Below are positions 8,346 through 19,163 of a DNA stretch of 41,584 nt, piece after piece (position 1 is the first letter of the stretch; each line of letters begins with the position of its first letter). The position numbers and the translations under genes were made by a program. A model generated the notes under the pieces. That model was given only the letters and a program-made list of their open reading frames with translations. It ran no database searches and had not been told where the DNA came from. Source of the stretch: Actinomycetota bacterium (GTDB taxonomy: Bacteria > Actinomycetota > Actinomycetes > Nanopelagicales > Nanopelagicaceae); assembly GCA_010032125.1 (NCBI GenBank), contig RHAU01000001.1:1-41584 (forward strand), in the 5' to 3' direction.

Positions 8346-9803
8346 TTAGACCGTCAGCGGCCGATCGCTCGGCGCAATGGGAGCGGGAAGTTGTGTTTGT
8401 CCCATCAAATATTGATCCACATACGATGCAGCGCTACGTCCCTCCGCTATTGCCCACACAATCAGAGACTGACCTCGACCAGCATCACCTGCCACAAATA
8501 TTCCCTCTTCGCTGGTCATGAAGTTATCATCACGTTTGACATTACCGCGAGCGTCTAACTCGACACCAAATTCTTTAATCAGAGCGTTCTGTTCTGGTCC
8601 GGTAAAACCCATCGCCAGAAGCACCATATCCGCTTCAATTTCACGTTCCGTTCCGGGAACTTTTTCAAACTTTCCGTCGATAAGTTGAGTTTCTACGATT
8701 TTCAATGCACGTAGATTTCCTTCTCCATCGCCGAGGAATGCTTCGGTTGAGATAGAAAATAAACGTTCTCCCGCTTCTTCATGAGCGCTCGACACTCGAT
8801 AAATCATCGGATACATCGGCCATGGTTGACTCGATGGTCGTTCCTGCGTTGGACGCGGCATGATTTCTATCTGCGTCACTTCTGCTGCACCTTGTCTAAT
8901 AGCAGTGCCAAGACAATCAGCGCCGGTATCTCCGCCGCCCAAAATTATGACTTTCTTTCCCTTCGCGTGCATCGATGGATCTTCGTGCTTTTCACCTAAA
9001 GCCTCTTTATTTCCCCACGGCAAGTACTCCATCGCTTGGTACACGCCACGAAGATCGCGACCAGGAATTGGAAGTTCGCGCCATTGTGTTGCACCAACTG
9101 CCAAAACGACCGCGTCATATCGCGCACGGATCTCTGATGCGGAGATATCTACGCCTACATTGACGCCTGGTCTAAATCTCGTGCCCTCTCTCTGCATCTG
9201 ATTGAGTCGTCGATCAAGAATCGATTTCTCCATTTTGAATTCGGGAATGCCGTATCGAAGTAATCCACCGATCTTTTCTCCGCGTTCGTAGACAGCGACG
9301 GTATGTCCTGCGCGCGTTAACTGTTGCGCAGCGGCAAGTCCCGCCGGTCCCGAACCGATGACGGCGATGGTTTTACCGGTCATTCGATCTGGTTGCATCG
9401 GACGTACATTGCCTGAGTTAAAGGCCTCTTCGATCGTACGGAGTTCTACTTGTTTGATTGTCACAGGATCTTGATTGATACCGAGAACGCATGCCGTCTC
9501 GCACGGCGCTGGACACAACCTTCCCGTGAATTCAGGAAAATTATTTGTCGCATGAAGGCGTTCGATTGCATCTACTTTCTGATTACGCCAAATCAAATCA
9601 TTCCATTCCGGAATCAAGTTCCCGAGCGGACAACCTTGGTGGCAGAAAGGAATGCCGCAATCCATACAACGTCCTGCTTGCTTTTGAAGTGAAGAAAATT
9701 CTTGTTCTTCATACACCTCTCGCCAGTCGCGAATGCGCACATCTACGGGGCGGCGTTGTGGAACTTCACGACCTGATTTAAGAAATCCGCGCGGATCAGC
9801 CAT
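8346..9803 (-). CDS. gltD: Glutamate synthase (NADPH) small subunit
   Basis: 485 aa; Fe-S cysteine motifs (CMDCGIPFCHQGCPLGN, CPAPCETAC) and the Rossmann motif IAVIGSGPAGLAAA. The start overlaps the end of gltB by 8 nt. Confidence 0.95.
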   Translation of the reverse strand: MADPRGFLKSGREVPQRRPVDVRIRDWREVYEEQEFSSLQKQAGRCMDCGIPFCHQGCPLGNLIPEWNDLIWRNQKVDAIERLHATNNFPEFTGRLCPAPCETACVLGINQDPVTIKQVELRTIEEAFNSGNVRPMQPDRMTGKTIAVIGSGPAGLAAAQQLTRAGHTVAVYERGEKIGGLLRYGIPEFKMEKSILDRRLNQMQREGTRFRPGVNVGVDISASEIRARYDAVVLAVGATQWRELPIPGRDLRGVYQAMEYLPWGNKEALGEKHEDPSMHAKGKKVIILGGGDTGADCLGTAIRQGAAEVTQIEIMPRPTQERPSSQPWPMYPMIYRVSSAHEEAGERLFSISTEAFLGDGEGNLRALKIVETQLIDGKFEKVPGTEREIEADMVLLAMGFTGPEQNALIKEFGVELDARGNVKRDDNFMTSEEGIFVAGDAGRGQSLIVWAIAEGRSAASYVDQYLMGQTQLPAPIAPSDRPLTV

Positions 9804-12800
9804 TGAGGGCCTCCATAATCATTTCTTCCGCGACTCGACCTTCTCGCTCTGCTCTATCGATGACCGTGAGGACACGGGCATAGTCACGAGGCATGACTAG
9901 TGAAAATCTCTTGACCGAATCGTCGAAGTTTTCCAGAAGTGAGTGTGCGATTTTCGATCCAGTTTCTGCATAAAACTTCGAGAGTAGAGATTGCAATTTC
10001 TCACTGTGGTCACGAGATACGGGAAGTATGTCGACCATTTCGGTATTTACTCGATCAGGGTTGAGATCTAAGACAAATGCAATTCCACCAGACATGCCGG
10101 CTGCAAAATTACGGCCAGTGATGCCAAGTACTACAACCGTTCCCCCAGTCATGTATTCGCATCCGTGATCACCGACGCCTTCGACAATCGCTGTTGCGCC
10201 AGAATTTCGAACACAGAAGCGCTCGCCAACGATTCCACGCACAAAAATCTCACCGCTTGTTGCGCCATAGCCGATGACATTTCCCGCGATGACATTTTCA
10301 TCAGATTCAAAGGAGGCTTTTTCATCCGGTCTAACAATCAATCGTCCACCGGAAATACCTTTACCAAGGTAGTCGTTGGTATCTTCTCCGAGATATTTGG
10401 GACCTCCAAAATTGGCGCAAGATCTAGGCCACTTGCCTTCCAATGATGAACGGCAGCTTTAGTATCAAGAAGTTCGGCTCGACCAATAATCTCGTCAAGT
10501 GATTGATATCCAAGTCGTGCTAACCATTCACGCACTTCCGTTGCTATATATTCAAAGAAAGTTTGAACAAATTCCGGTTTACCGGTGAATCGTTTCCGGA
10601 GTTCCGGGTTTTGGGTTGCGACGCCGACCGGACAGGTATCAAGATGACAGACGCGCATCATGATGCAGCCAGAAACTACAAGTGGCGCAGTCGCAAAGCC
10701 GAATTCTTCGGCACCAAGGAGAGCGGCGATGATGACATCTCGACCAGTCTTCATCTGACCATCGGTCTGAACAACAATGCGATCTCTCAATCCATTGAGT
10801 AGAAGTGTCTGTTGCGTTTCAGCCAGTCCCAATTCCCATGGCGCGCCAGCATGTTTGAGCGAGGTGAGCGGCGAAGCACCGGTACCTCCGTCGTGCCCAG
10901 AAATCAGGACGACATCTGCGTGAGCCTTGCTGACACCCGCTGCAACTGTTCCAACGCCCACTTCTGCAACGAGTTTTACATGAATGCGCGCATCTTTATT
11001 TGAATTCTTGAGGTCATGAATAAGTTGAGCAAGATCCTCAATCGAATAAATGTCGTGATGTGGTGGCGGTGAAATCAAACCAACACCGGGTGTGGAGTGA
11101 CGCACTTTGGCAATCCATGGATACACCTTGTTGCCAGGAAGTTGACCGCCTTCTCCAGGCTTTGCACCTTGAGCCATCTTTATCTGTAAGTCATCAGCAT
11201 TAACTAGGTATTCGCTCGTCACTCCAAATCTTCCTGAAGCGACCTGCTTGATAGCCGAACGTTTGGAATCACCGCCCGGAAGTGGTTTATAGCGTTCTGG
11301 ATCTTCGCCACCTTCGCCGGTATTTGATTTTGCGCCAAGGCGGTTCATTGCGATGGCAAGAGTTTCGTGCGCTTCTTGAGATATTGATCCGTATGACATC
11401 GCGCCGGTAGAGAATCGCTTGACGATTGATGCAATCGATTCGACTTCGTCGATGGGAATAGCAGGGCGTACACCCTCTTTAAGTGTGAAGAGTCCCCGTA
11501 AAGTCATAAGTTCTCGCGCTTGTTCATCAATGCGAGTTGTGTACCTCTTAAAGATGTCATATCTCTTGGAGCGAGTCGCATGCTGAAGTGCAAATACTGT
11601 TTCTGGATCAAAGAGATGGGGCTCGCCATCGCGTCGCCATTGGTATTCGCCACCGATCGGAAGTCTCTTTGTTCCAGGTACTTCACCGCCAGGTGGATAT
11701 GCGATGTGATGTCGATTGATTGTTTCCTCGGCGATGACATCTATTCCAACGCCGCCGAGTTTTGAAGTGGTGCCTGAGAAATATTCGTCGACAAGTTCTT
11801 GGGAAAGTCCAATCGCTTCGAAAACTTGTGCTCCGGTATAAGAAGCAATCGTCGAAATTCCCATTTTCGACATTACTTTTAAGACGCCTTTTCCAAGCGC
11901 TTTAATGAGATTGCGAACGGCTTTCTCCGGAGTGACATCTGTAATGACACCTTGCAAGACCAAATCTTCTGCAGTCTCCATCGCCAAATAAGGATTAACC
12001 GCGGCCGCGCCATAGCCGATAAGAAGTGCTACGTGGTGAACTTCTCTTACCTCACCCGTCTCCACAACAAGACCTACTTTGGTGCGAGTCTTCTCTCGAA
12101 TCAGATGATGGTGAACTGCTGAAGTCAGTAACAACGAGGGAATGGGTGCGTTATCGGCATCTCCATCGCGATCTGAGAGCACGATAATGCGTGCACCTGC
12201 ATCAATCGCCTGTGACACCTCTGCGCGAATTTCTTCGATACGGCGACGCAATCCTTCGCCACCTTCAGCGATGGGAAAGAGGCCTTTGACTACGTAAGAG
12301 ATAAAACCAGGATGGTTTCCATCTGCGTTAACGTGAATAATTTTTGCTAGTTCATCATTATCAATCACTGGAAATGCTAGAGAGATCTGTCGACACGATG
12401 CAGGTCCAGGATCGAGCAGGTTGTGTTCTGGACCGATGCTGCCACCCAAGGATGTAACTAATTCTTCGCGAATCGCATCAAGAGGCGGATTAGTGACTTG
12501 AGCAAAGAGCTGTGAGAAGTAATCAAAGAGAAGTCGCGGCTTATCTGAAAGCGCAGCAAGAGGGGTATCAGTTCCCATCGAACCAATCGGCTCTGCGCCA
12601 CTCTTGGCCATCGGAGTGATAATGACTCGAAGTTCTTCCTCGGTGTAGCCGAATGCACGTTGACGTCGCAAGACTGAGGAGTGCGGATAAATAATGTGTT
12701 CGCGTGCAGGAAGTTCTGAGAGGCGAACGATGCCAGCGTGCAACCATTCGCTATACGGGGCAGAGTTCGCAAGAGAATCCTTAATTTCATCGTCTTCAAT

Positions 12801-14027
12801 GATCCTGCCCTCTTGAATGTCGACCAGAAACATTCGACCAGGTTGCAGCCTGCCCTTGCGAATTACTTTCTCTGGAGCAATATCGAGAACTCCAACTTCA
12901 CTCGAGAGAATTACCAAACCATCATCTGTCACCCAAAAACGTGAAGGTCGCAAACCATTGCGATCAAGTACTGCGCCGATCTGATTGCCATCAGTAAAGG
13001 TCACGCATGCCGGTCCATCCCACGGCTCCATAAGTGAGGCGTGGAAACGATAGAAGTCACGCCGATTTTCCGGCATTGATTCATGATTCTCCCAAGCCTC
13101 AGGAATCATCATCAGAATTGAATGAGGTAAAGACCGTCCACCGAGATACAACAGCTCCAGAACTTCATCAAAGGATGCTGAATCACTTCCCGAGGGATCA
13201 ACGATCGGGAACAATCGTGAAATTTCACCTGGAATGAGATCGCTTGAAAGTAACGCTTCTCGTGCCGCCATCCAATTCCGGTTTCCACGAACGGTGTTTA
13301 TCTCACCGTTATGAGCGATGAATCGATATGGATGGGCAAGTGGCCACGATGGAAATGTATTAGTGGAGAAACGAGAGTGGACAAGTGCTAGAGGTGAGCG
13401 GAAATCCGCGTGGGAAAGGTCGGGGAAAAATTCTTCAAGTTGGCCAGTGGTCAACATGCCCTTGTAAACAATGGTTCTCGACGAGAGCGAAGGAAAATAG
13501 ATTGAGAGTTCATGTTCAGCGCGTTTTCTAAAGCAGAATGCGCGACGATCTAAATCAAGATCAGTGAAGCCCTCACGTGAAGCGATAAAAATCTGCTGAA
13601 AATCCGGCATAACTGAGAGCGCTGTAGCGCCAAGAGAGGTCGGATTGATGGGCAATGTGCGCCAGCCCAGGATTGATAAACCTTCCTCCTCTGCAATTTT
13701 TTCAACTCTGGAATGCGCTGCGAAATCTCGAGGGAGAAATGCGATTCCTGCGGCGTAAGAACCTTGCGCTGGAAGATCAAAAGTAACGTGGCTTCGAAAG
13801 AACTCATCGGGAATGCAAGTAAGAATTCCTGCACCGTCGCCACTATTGACTTCGGCGCCGGAAGCGCCACGATGTTCGAGATTGCGAAGCGCTTCAAGAC
13901 CTTTGCTGACGATGTCGTGAGTTGCTTCTTTATTGAGAGTCGCGACCATGGCAACGCCACATGCATCATGCTCGAAGGTCGGATCATAAAGTCCGCTCTT
14001 CGGAGGCAATGCAGAGAAAAGGGCCAC
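9796..14027 (-). pseudogene. gltB: Glutamate synthase large subunit, interrupted: 1229-aa N-terminal ORF (10338..14027) plus 215-aa C-terminal ORF (9796..10443) in another frame
   Basis: The N-terminal ORF carries the amidotransferase Cys (EHDACGV), the central domain and the FMN domain, up to ..[16 protein letters not shown]. The C-terminal ORF carries the GXGXG beta-helix motifs ..[48 protein letters not shown].. The frames differ, and the start of the C-terminal domain is present in neither frame. Confidence 0.85.
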
Positions 14028-14123
14028 TGCGCTCTCCCATTCAAAGTGTGCTTGGGACAGCGATGGCCCGTCGAGGATGAGAAATCTACCAAGTGAAGGG
14101 CGCTATGCCACTTCCGCAGGTAA

Positions 14124-14831
14124 TTAGATGCCGGAGATGTGCGCCAGCTGGCCTACTCCGGCGGTAATTGCCATGCCGAGTGCGCCACCGAAGACGATTC
14201 TCGCAGTTGTCTTGATGACGCTTGAGCCAGCAGTTTTTGCACTGATCACACCAGCAATCACTAATCCAACAAAAGTGATGGCGATGATAGAGATCGCCTT
14301 AGCTCCCAATGTCGGAGCAAGCGCACCGATAAATGGCAGAAATCCGCCGGCGGTGAAACTTATGGCCGATGCAATCGCTGCTTGCATTGGTCGAGCCTTA
14401 GTAGCGTCATGTTGACCAAGTTCATCTCGAAGATGTGCACCAAGAGCATCATGGGCATGTAATTCATTGGCGACTTTTTCGGCCAGTTCGCGCGATATTC
14501 CTCTTGATTGGTAAATCTGAGTCAACTCTTCAAGTTCGCCTTCTGGATCGAGTGCGAGATGTTCAATCTCTAATTTTCGATCAGATTCTTCAATATCATT
14601 TTGAGAACGAACTGAGACATACTCACCGACTGCCATCGACATGGCACCTGCTGCGATTCCAGCCAAACCGGCCGTCACAACGAATTCATTTTTCCCCGCA
14701 GAAACAACACCGATCATTAAAGATGCTGTTGAAACCAATCCATCATTGACGCCAAGGACTGCGGCGCGCAGCCAACCAGCGCGATGGGTTCGATGGTTCT
14801 CATTTCTCTTTTGAACTTCTGCTAGCGACAC
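14124..14831 (-). CDS. VIT1/CCC1-family (iron/manganese) transporter
   Basis: 235 aa; ..WLRAAVLGVNDGLVSTASLMIGV.. plus a central acidic helix region and C-terminal TM helices are typical of the VIT family. Confidence 0.85.
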   Translation of the reverse strand: MSLAEVQKRNENHRTHRAGWLRAAVLGVNDGLVSTASLMIGVVSAGKNEFVVTAGLAGIAAGAMSMAVGEYVSVRSQNDIEESDRKLEIEHLALDPEGELEELTQIYQSRGISRELAEKVANELHAHDALGAHLRDELGQHDATKARPMQAAIASAISFTAGGFLPFIGALAPTLGAKAISIIAITFVGLVIAGVISAKTAGSSVIKTTARIVFGGALGMAITAGVGQLAHISGI

Positions 14832-14835
14832 AACT

Positions 14836-15627
14836 TTATTCTATGGCAGACCGTGAGCGATTGCGCTTAATGAGATAGATAAGCGCGCCACAACCGACTA
14901 CGACCGAAGTCCACACATTTAGCCGTACGCCAAAAATGAGTGAGGCATCGTCAATTCGTATCGTTTCGATTACGCCGCGTCCTAAGCAATACATAGCGAC
15001 ATACAGAGCAAAAATAGAACCAGGTGCGAGTTTGGAAAGGGGGCGAAGTTTGATGAGGATAAGTGCGACAGAGATGCACCAGAGAGATTCATAAAGAAAT
15101 ACTGGGTGAAAAAGGCCTTTGCCGGGAATGTCGAGCGCCCACGGGCCATCAAATGGTTTTCCATATAACTCGCGATTAAACCAATTACCAACTCTTCCTA
15201 TTGCTTGGGCGAGAAGAATTCCTGGCGCGATTGCATCGGCGAAAGTGGCGAATGGAATTCCCTGGGTTGATTTCGAGCGACTATAGGCGATGTAAGCGGC
15301 AAGGAAACCGAGTGAAATCGCGCCCCAGATTCCCATTCCACCTTTCCAGATATAGAGCGCCGAAAGTGGATCGCCCTTTGCACCAAAATAAAGCTCGGGC
15401 GAGGTAATGACATGATAGATACGGCCGCCGATGATTCCAGCCGGTACTGCAACAATTGCAATATCTCCGACAAGTGTTGGTGCGCCACCCCGCGCGACAT
15501 ATCGCTTCTTTCCGAGGTTCACAGCGACGATGACTCCAACGATGATGCAAAGCGCGTAATAGTGGAAAGTCAGCGGTCCGATCTCAAATTGAGAACTTCC
15601 CGGTGACGGAATACTGGCGAAGATCAC
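14836..15627 (-). CDS. lgt: Prolipoprotein diacylglyceryl transferase
   Basis: 263 aa polytopic membrane protein with Lgt motifs (..GGRIYHV.., ..IWKGGMGIWGA.., ..QAIGRVGNWFNRELYG..). It lies next to trpA as in other actinobacteria. Confidence 0.9.
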   Translation of the reverse strand: MIFASIPSPGSSQFEIGPLTFHYYALCIIVGVIVAVNLGKKRYVARGGAPTLVGDIAIVAVPAGIIGGRIYHVITSPELYFGAKGDPLSALYIWKGGMGIWGAISLGFLAAYIAYSRSKSTQGIPFATFADAIAPGILLAQAIGRVGNWFNRELYGKPFDGPWALDIPGKGLFHPVFLYESLWCISVALILIKLRPLSKLAPGSIFALYVAMYCLGRGVIETIRIDDASLIFGVRLNVWTSVVVGCGALIYLIKRNRSRSAIE

Positions 15628-16367
15628 TTCTTCGCTGCTTCAACCGCCGCTTTCAGTTCATCTACAACAAATTCGGTGCCCGAACGCTCCCAGAGTTTGC
15701 CGTTGATAAAGAGTGTTGGCGTACCAGTCACTTTATTTTTCTGCATCGAATCGTAAACTTTCTTGACGGTGTCTGTGTACTTACCATCGTTAACACACGA
15801 AGCAAAAGTATCGGATGTCATTCCTAAACGTTTGCCGACTTCGACGAGATTTGCATTGATGTAAACACCACTGTTCTCTTGGCCTTGGATGGAGTACAAG
15901 GCTTTGTGAAACTCGATAAAGCGACCTTCGTCTGCTGCACAATAAGCAGCATTGGCAGCGCGGACAGAATCCGAACCGATAAATGACACCATGTGGTACA
16001 CGACTTTTGCCTCTTTGTTTCGGATTAATCCTTCAATGTAGCTGCCCATCGACTTTTCGAAAACATTACAGAACGGGCATTGGAAATCTTCCCAGATGTC
16101 AATCTGAGGCTTAACGTCGGCGTTAAAGACAATTCCGTTGTCATTCTCAGCAGTGGTTTGTGAGGTGACTTTCTCACCATTATTTGCTGAAGAAATTTGT
16201 TCAATGGCCGCCGGAACAGTGACTTCTGGCGATGAATTGCGATCCAAGAAAGTGAAGATCACTCCTGAGAGAACTACAAGTGCAACCATGCCTATGACGA
16301 TATTTCGAGTGACGGTATCGCCCTGTTTCTGGGAAACAACATTCTTTTGGCGAGGTTCTTTTGGCAC
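15624..16367 (-). CDS. Membrane-anchored DsbA-family thiol:disulfide oxidoreductase
   Basis: 247 aa; N-terminal TM anchor (IVIGMVALVVLSGVIF) and a thioredoxin-fold CPFC active site (WEDFQCPFCNVFE). GTG start with AAGGAG 6 nt upstream. Confidence 0.75.
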   Translation of the reverse strand: MPKEPRQKNVVSQKQGDTVTRNIVIGMVALVVLSGVIFTFLDRNSSPEVTVPAAIEQISSANNGEKVTSQTTAENDNGIVFNADVKPQIDIWEDFQCPFCNVFEKSMGSYIEGLIRNKEAKVVYHMVSFIGSDSVRAANAAYCAADEGRFIEFHKALYSIQGQENSGVYINANLVEVGKRLGMTSDTFASCVNDGKYTDTVKKVYDSMQKNKVTGTPTLFINGKLWERSGTEFVVDELKAAVEAAKK

Positions 16368-16376
16368 TGGTACTCC

Positions 16377-17174
16377 TTAACTTCTTGGCTGACGGACTGC
16401 CTGCGCGAGCTCCGCGGCGAGAACTCTAACCTTTTCTACCGCCTCTTTCTCGTTTGGAGATTCCAAGACCAACTTAATAAACGCTGAGCCAACGATCACG
16501 CCATCCGCGAACGAGGCAATCTCGCGCGCTTGTTCAGCATTAGATACCCCAAGGCCAACGGCAATCGGAAGTGAGGTCACTTTTCTGACACGGCTAACAA
16601 GTTCGCGTGCGCTACCCGAGAGAGCGCTTCGAGTGCCAGTCACTCCCATCAAACTTGCCGCATAGATAAAACCCGATGTTGCATTAGCCACTTTCTTTAG
16701 CCGTTCATCGCTCGTGCTGGGAGCAACGACATAGATTCGATCAATTGCCATTTCAGAGGTTTGAGAAATCCATTCGTCAGATTCATCAATAGTTAAATCA
16801 GGTGTAATCACTCCCACGCCACCTGCAGCGCGAAGTTGCGTCAGAAAGTTTTCGATTCCCATACGTTCGATTGGGTTCCAATACGTCATCGTTACAGTAG
16901 AAGCCTTACTTTTTTCGATCACGTCAAAAAGTTGGCTAGCCGTAAAGCCATTGTCTAATGCGCGTTGAGATGCTTGCTGGATGACCGGACCATCCATGAC
17001 CGGATCACTATAAGGAAACCCAACCTCAACAATATCTACGCCTGCATCTGCGAGAGCGTTGACAAGTTCAATGGATCCTTTTACCGATGGAAAACCTGCT
17101 GGCATGTAGCCGATGAGCGCCGATCTATTCTCTTGTCGTGCTTGCGCAAAAACTTCGGTAAGCGTGCGTGGCAT
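16377..17174 (-). CDS. trpA: Tryptophan synthase alpha chain
   Basis: 265 aa; ..ALIGYMPAGFPS.., ..DIVEVGFPYSDPVMDGPVIQ.., ..GFIYAASLMGVTG.. are TrpA motifs. Confidence 0.95.
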   Translation of the reverse strand: MPRTLTEVFAQARQENRSALIGYMPAGFPSVKGSIELVNALADAGVDIVEVGFPYSDPVMDGPVIQQASQRALDNGFTASQLFDVIEKSKASTVTMTYWNPIERMGIENFLTQLRAAGGVGVITPDLTIDESDEWISQTSEMAIDRIYVVAPSTSDERLKKVANATSGFIYAASLMGVTGTRSALSGSARELVSRVRKVTSLPIAVGLGVSNAEQAREIASFADGVIVGSAFIKLVLESPNEKEAVEKVRVLAAELAQAVRQPRS

Positions 17175-18368
17175 TTAAAGCGGAATCCCGAAGTACTGAG
17201 CGGCTGTCTGGACATCTTTATCGCCGCGACCAGAGAGATTAATAAGGAGTATTGCCTTTTCACCGAGTTCTTTACCGACCTGCATTGCACCAGCAAGAGC
17301 GTGGGCAGTTTCAATTGCTGGAATGATTCCTTCGGTGCGCGAGAGGAGTGAAAAAGCTTCCATTGCTTCATCATCGGTGATTGCTCGATATTCGGCTCTA
17401 CCGATTTCATGAAGGTAGGCATGTTCTGGGCCAACGCCGGGATAGTCAAGTCCGGCAGAGATGGAATGAGATTCGACTGTCTGGCCACTTTCATCTTGAA
17501 GAACAAAAGTGCGTGCGCCATGTAGAACGCCGGGGGTTCCGCCAACAATGGTTGCCGCGTGTTCTCCGGTCGAAACTCCGCGTCCACCTGCTTCTAATCC
17601 GATGAGACGTACCGATAAATCATCGATAAAGGGATGAAAAATTCCGATTGCATTTGAGCCGCCACCAACGCATGCAAGAACTGCGTCTGGAAGTCTGCCG
17701 GTCAACTCAAGAACTTGGGCTCGTGCTTCAACGCCAATGATGCGGTGAAAATCTCTGACCATTGTTGGGAAGGGGTGTGGCCCTGCGACAGTACCCAATA
17801 AGTAATGTGTCGTTGCAACATTTGTGACCCAATCGCGCATCGCTTCATTAATTGCGTCTTTAAGAGTTTTCGAACCTGTAGTAACCGGAATAACTTCTGC
17901 CCCAAGTATTTTCATTCGAGCCACATTGAGAGATTGTCGCTTCGTATCTTCCTCTCCCATGTAGACAACGCATTCCAACCCGAGTAACGCGGCTGCTGTT
18001 GCGGATGCAACGCCATGTTGCCCCGCGCCTGTCTCCGCAATGATTCGCTTCTTTCCCATCTTCTTAGTAAGAAGCGCTTGTCCAAGAACATTATTGATCT
18101 TGTGACTTCCAGTGTGGTTGAGATCTTCGCGTTTCAACAGAATCCGTGCATTGCCTGCATATGCGGCAAAACGTGGCGCATCAGTGATAATGGAAGGTCG
18201 ACCCGTGTATGTGCGATGTAGTTCTGCTAGCTCCATTTGAAAATTCGGATCGTGCATCGCTGCTTGATGTGCGGCGGCAAGTTCGTCAAGAGCGCCAACT
18301 AATGCTTCTGGGACAAAACGTCCACCAAATCGACCAAAGTGGCCATCAATGCTCTCGCTCATCTTCAT
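17175..18368 (-). CDS. trpB: Tryptophan synthase beta chain
   Basis: The ORF is open from 18419, but [23 protein letters not shown] (ATG 18368) matches the TrpB N-terminus and avoids a 35-nt overlap with trpC. PLP-lysine motif [16 protein letters not shown]. Confidence 0.95.
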   Translation of the reverse strand: MKMSESIDGHFGRFGGRFVPEALVGALDELAAAHQAAMHDPNFQMELAELHRTYTGRPSIITDAPRFAAYAGNARILLKREDLNHTGSHKINNVLGQALLTKKMGKKRIIAETGAGQHGVASATAAALLGLECVVYMGEEDTKRQSLNVARMKILGAEVIPVTTGSKTLKDAINEAMRDWVTNVATTHYLLGTVAGPHPFPTMVRDFHRIIGVEARAQVLELTGRLPDAVLACVGGGSNAIGIFHPFIDDLSVRLIGLEAGGRGVSTGEHAATIVGGTPGVLHGARTFVLQDESGQTVESHSISAGLDYPGVGPEHAYLHEIGRAEYRAITDDEAMEAFSLLSRTEGIIPAIETAHALAGAMQVGKELGEKAILLINLSGRGDKDVQTAAQYFGIPL

Positions 18369-18384
18369 AGCGTACTTTCGATTC

Positions 18385-19161
18385 TCAATTCGCGAATTCC
18401 GTAAGTTCACGGATCGCATTAGCAGGTGACTCTGACCTCACTAAGGCTTCCCCTACCAGGATCGCTGATGCTCCGGCGCTTCTGGCTCTTCGCGAATCCT
18501 GCTGCGTCGCAATTCCAGATTCCGCGACTTTCAATACCGAATCTGGGATTAGGGGTAGTAAGCGATCAAATGCCGTTAGATCTACTTCCAGAGTCTTTAA
18601 ATTTCGCGCGTTGACGCCAATCATCGTGGCGTCGAGTTTCAAGGCCCGTTCAACTTCTTCTTCATCATGAACCTCAACGAGAGTTTGCATTCCCAATCCC
18701 TGTGCACAATCTGAAAGGTCCTTTAGTTCTCTATCGTCCAATGCGGCAACAATGAGTAGCACGATATCTGCGCCATATGCCCGCGATTCACGAATCAAAT
18801 ATTCGCTGACCATAAAATCTTTTCGAAGCATCGGAAGATTGATTGCGGTGCGTACGGACTGAAAGTCCCCTAGCGAGCCATGGAATCTTCTTTCCTCAGT
18901 CAGGACGCTTATTGCTCTCGCACCAGCGGCTTCGTATGTGCGCGCAAGTGCGACTGGATCTTGGATTGCGGATATAGCACCCTTACTTGGGGAGGATCTC
19001 TTCACTTCGGCGATGATTGAAAAAGAATTGGTGCGCAATGATGAGATGGCATCTCGAACCGCAGGCGCTCGCGAAATCATTTCTGCAATTTCTTGCGGTG
19101 ATTTTCTTCGACGCGCTTCATCTTCGCGCACGCCCGCGATAATTGATTCCAGAACGTTCAT
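18385..19161 (-). CDS. trpC: Indole-3-glycerol phosphate synthase
   Basis: 258 aa; ..[13 protein letters not shown].., ..[13 protein letters not shown].., ..[10 protein letters not shown].., ..IGVNARNL.. are TrpC motifs. Confidence 0.95.
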   Translation of the reverse strand: MNVLESIIAGVREDEARRRKSPQEIAEMISRAPAVRDAISSLRTNSFSIIAEVKRSSPSKGAISAIQDPVALARTYEAAGARAISVLTEERRFHGSLGDFQSVRTAINLPMLRKDFMVSEYLIRESRAYGADIVLLIVAALDDRELKDLSDCAQGLGMQTLVEVHDEEEVERALKLDATMIGVNARNLKTLEVDLTAFDRLLPLIPDSVLKVAESGIATQQDSRRARSAGASAILVGEALVRSESPANAIRELTEFAN

Positions 19162-19163
19162 CT

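Noticed and set aside
10338-10443. Programmed ribosomal frameshifting or translational bypass as an explanation for the gltB and dnaE (22303-22397) frame changes
   Set aside because: Conserved protein segments of roughly 70-100 residues are absent from all frames at both junctions, so recoding could not restore a normal protein. I saw no slippery heptamer plus structure.
13550-14096. Overlapping 180-aa (minus) and 127-aa (plus) ORFs at the 5' end of gltB
   Set aside because: Both lie within or over the strongly conserved amidotransferase domain of gltB in other frames. Their translations are featureless, so they are shadow ORFs.
17081-17587. 168-aa alternative-frame ORF across the trpB/trpA junction
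   Set aside because: It lies entirely within conserved TrpB/TrpA coding sequence in another frame, with no motifs.
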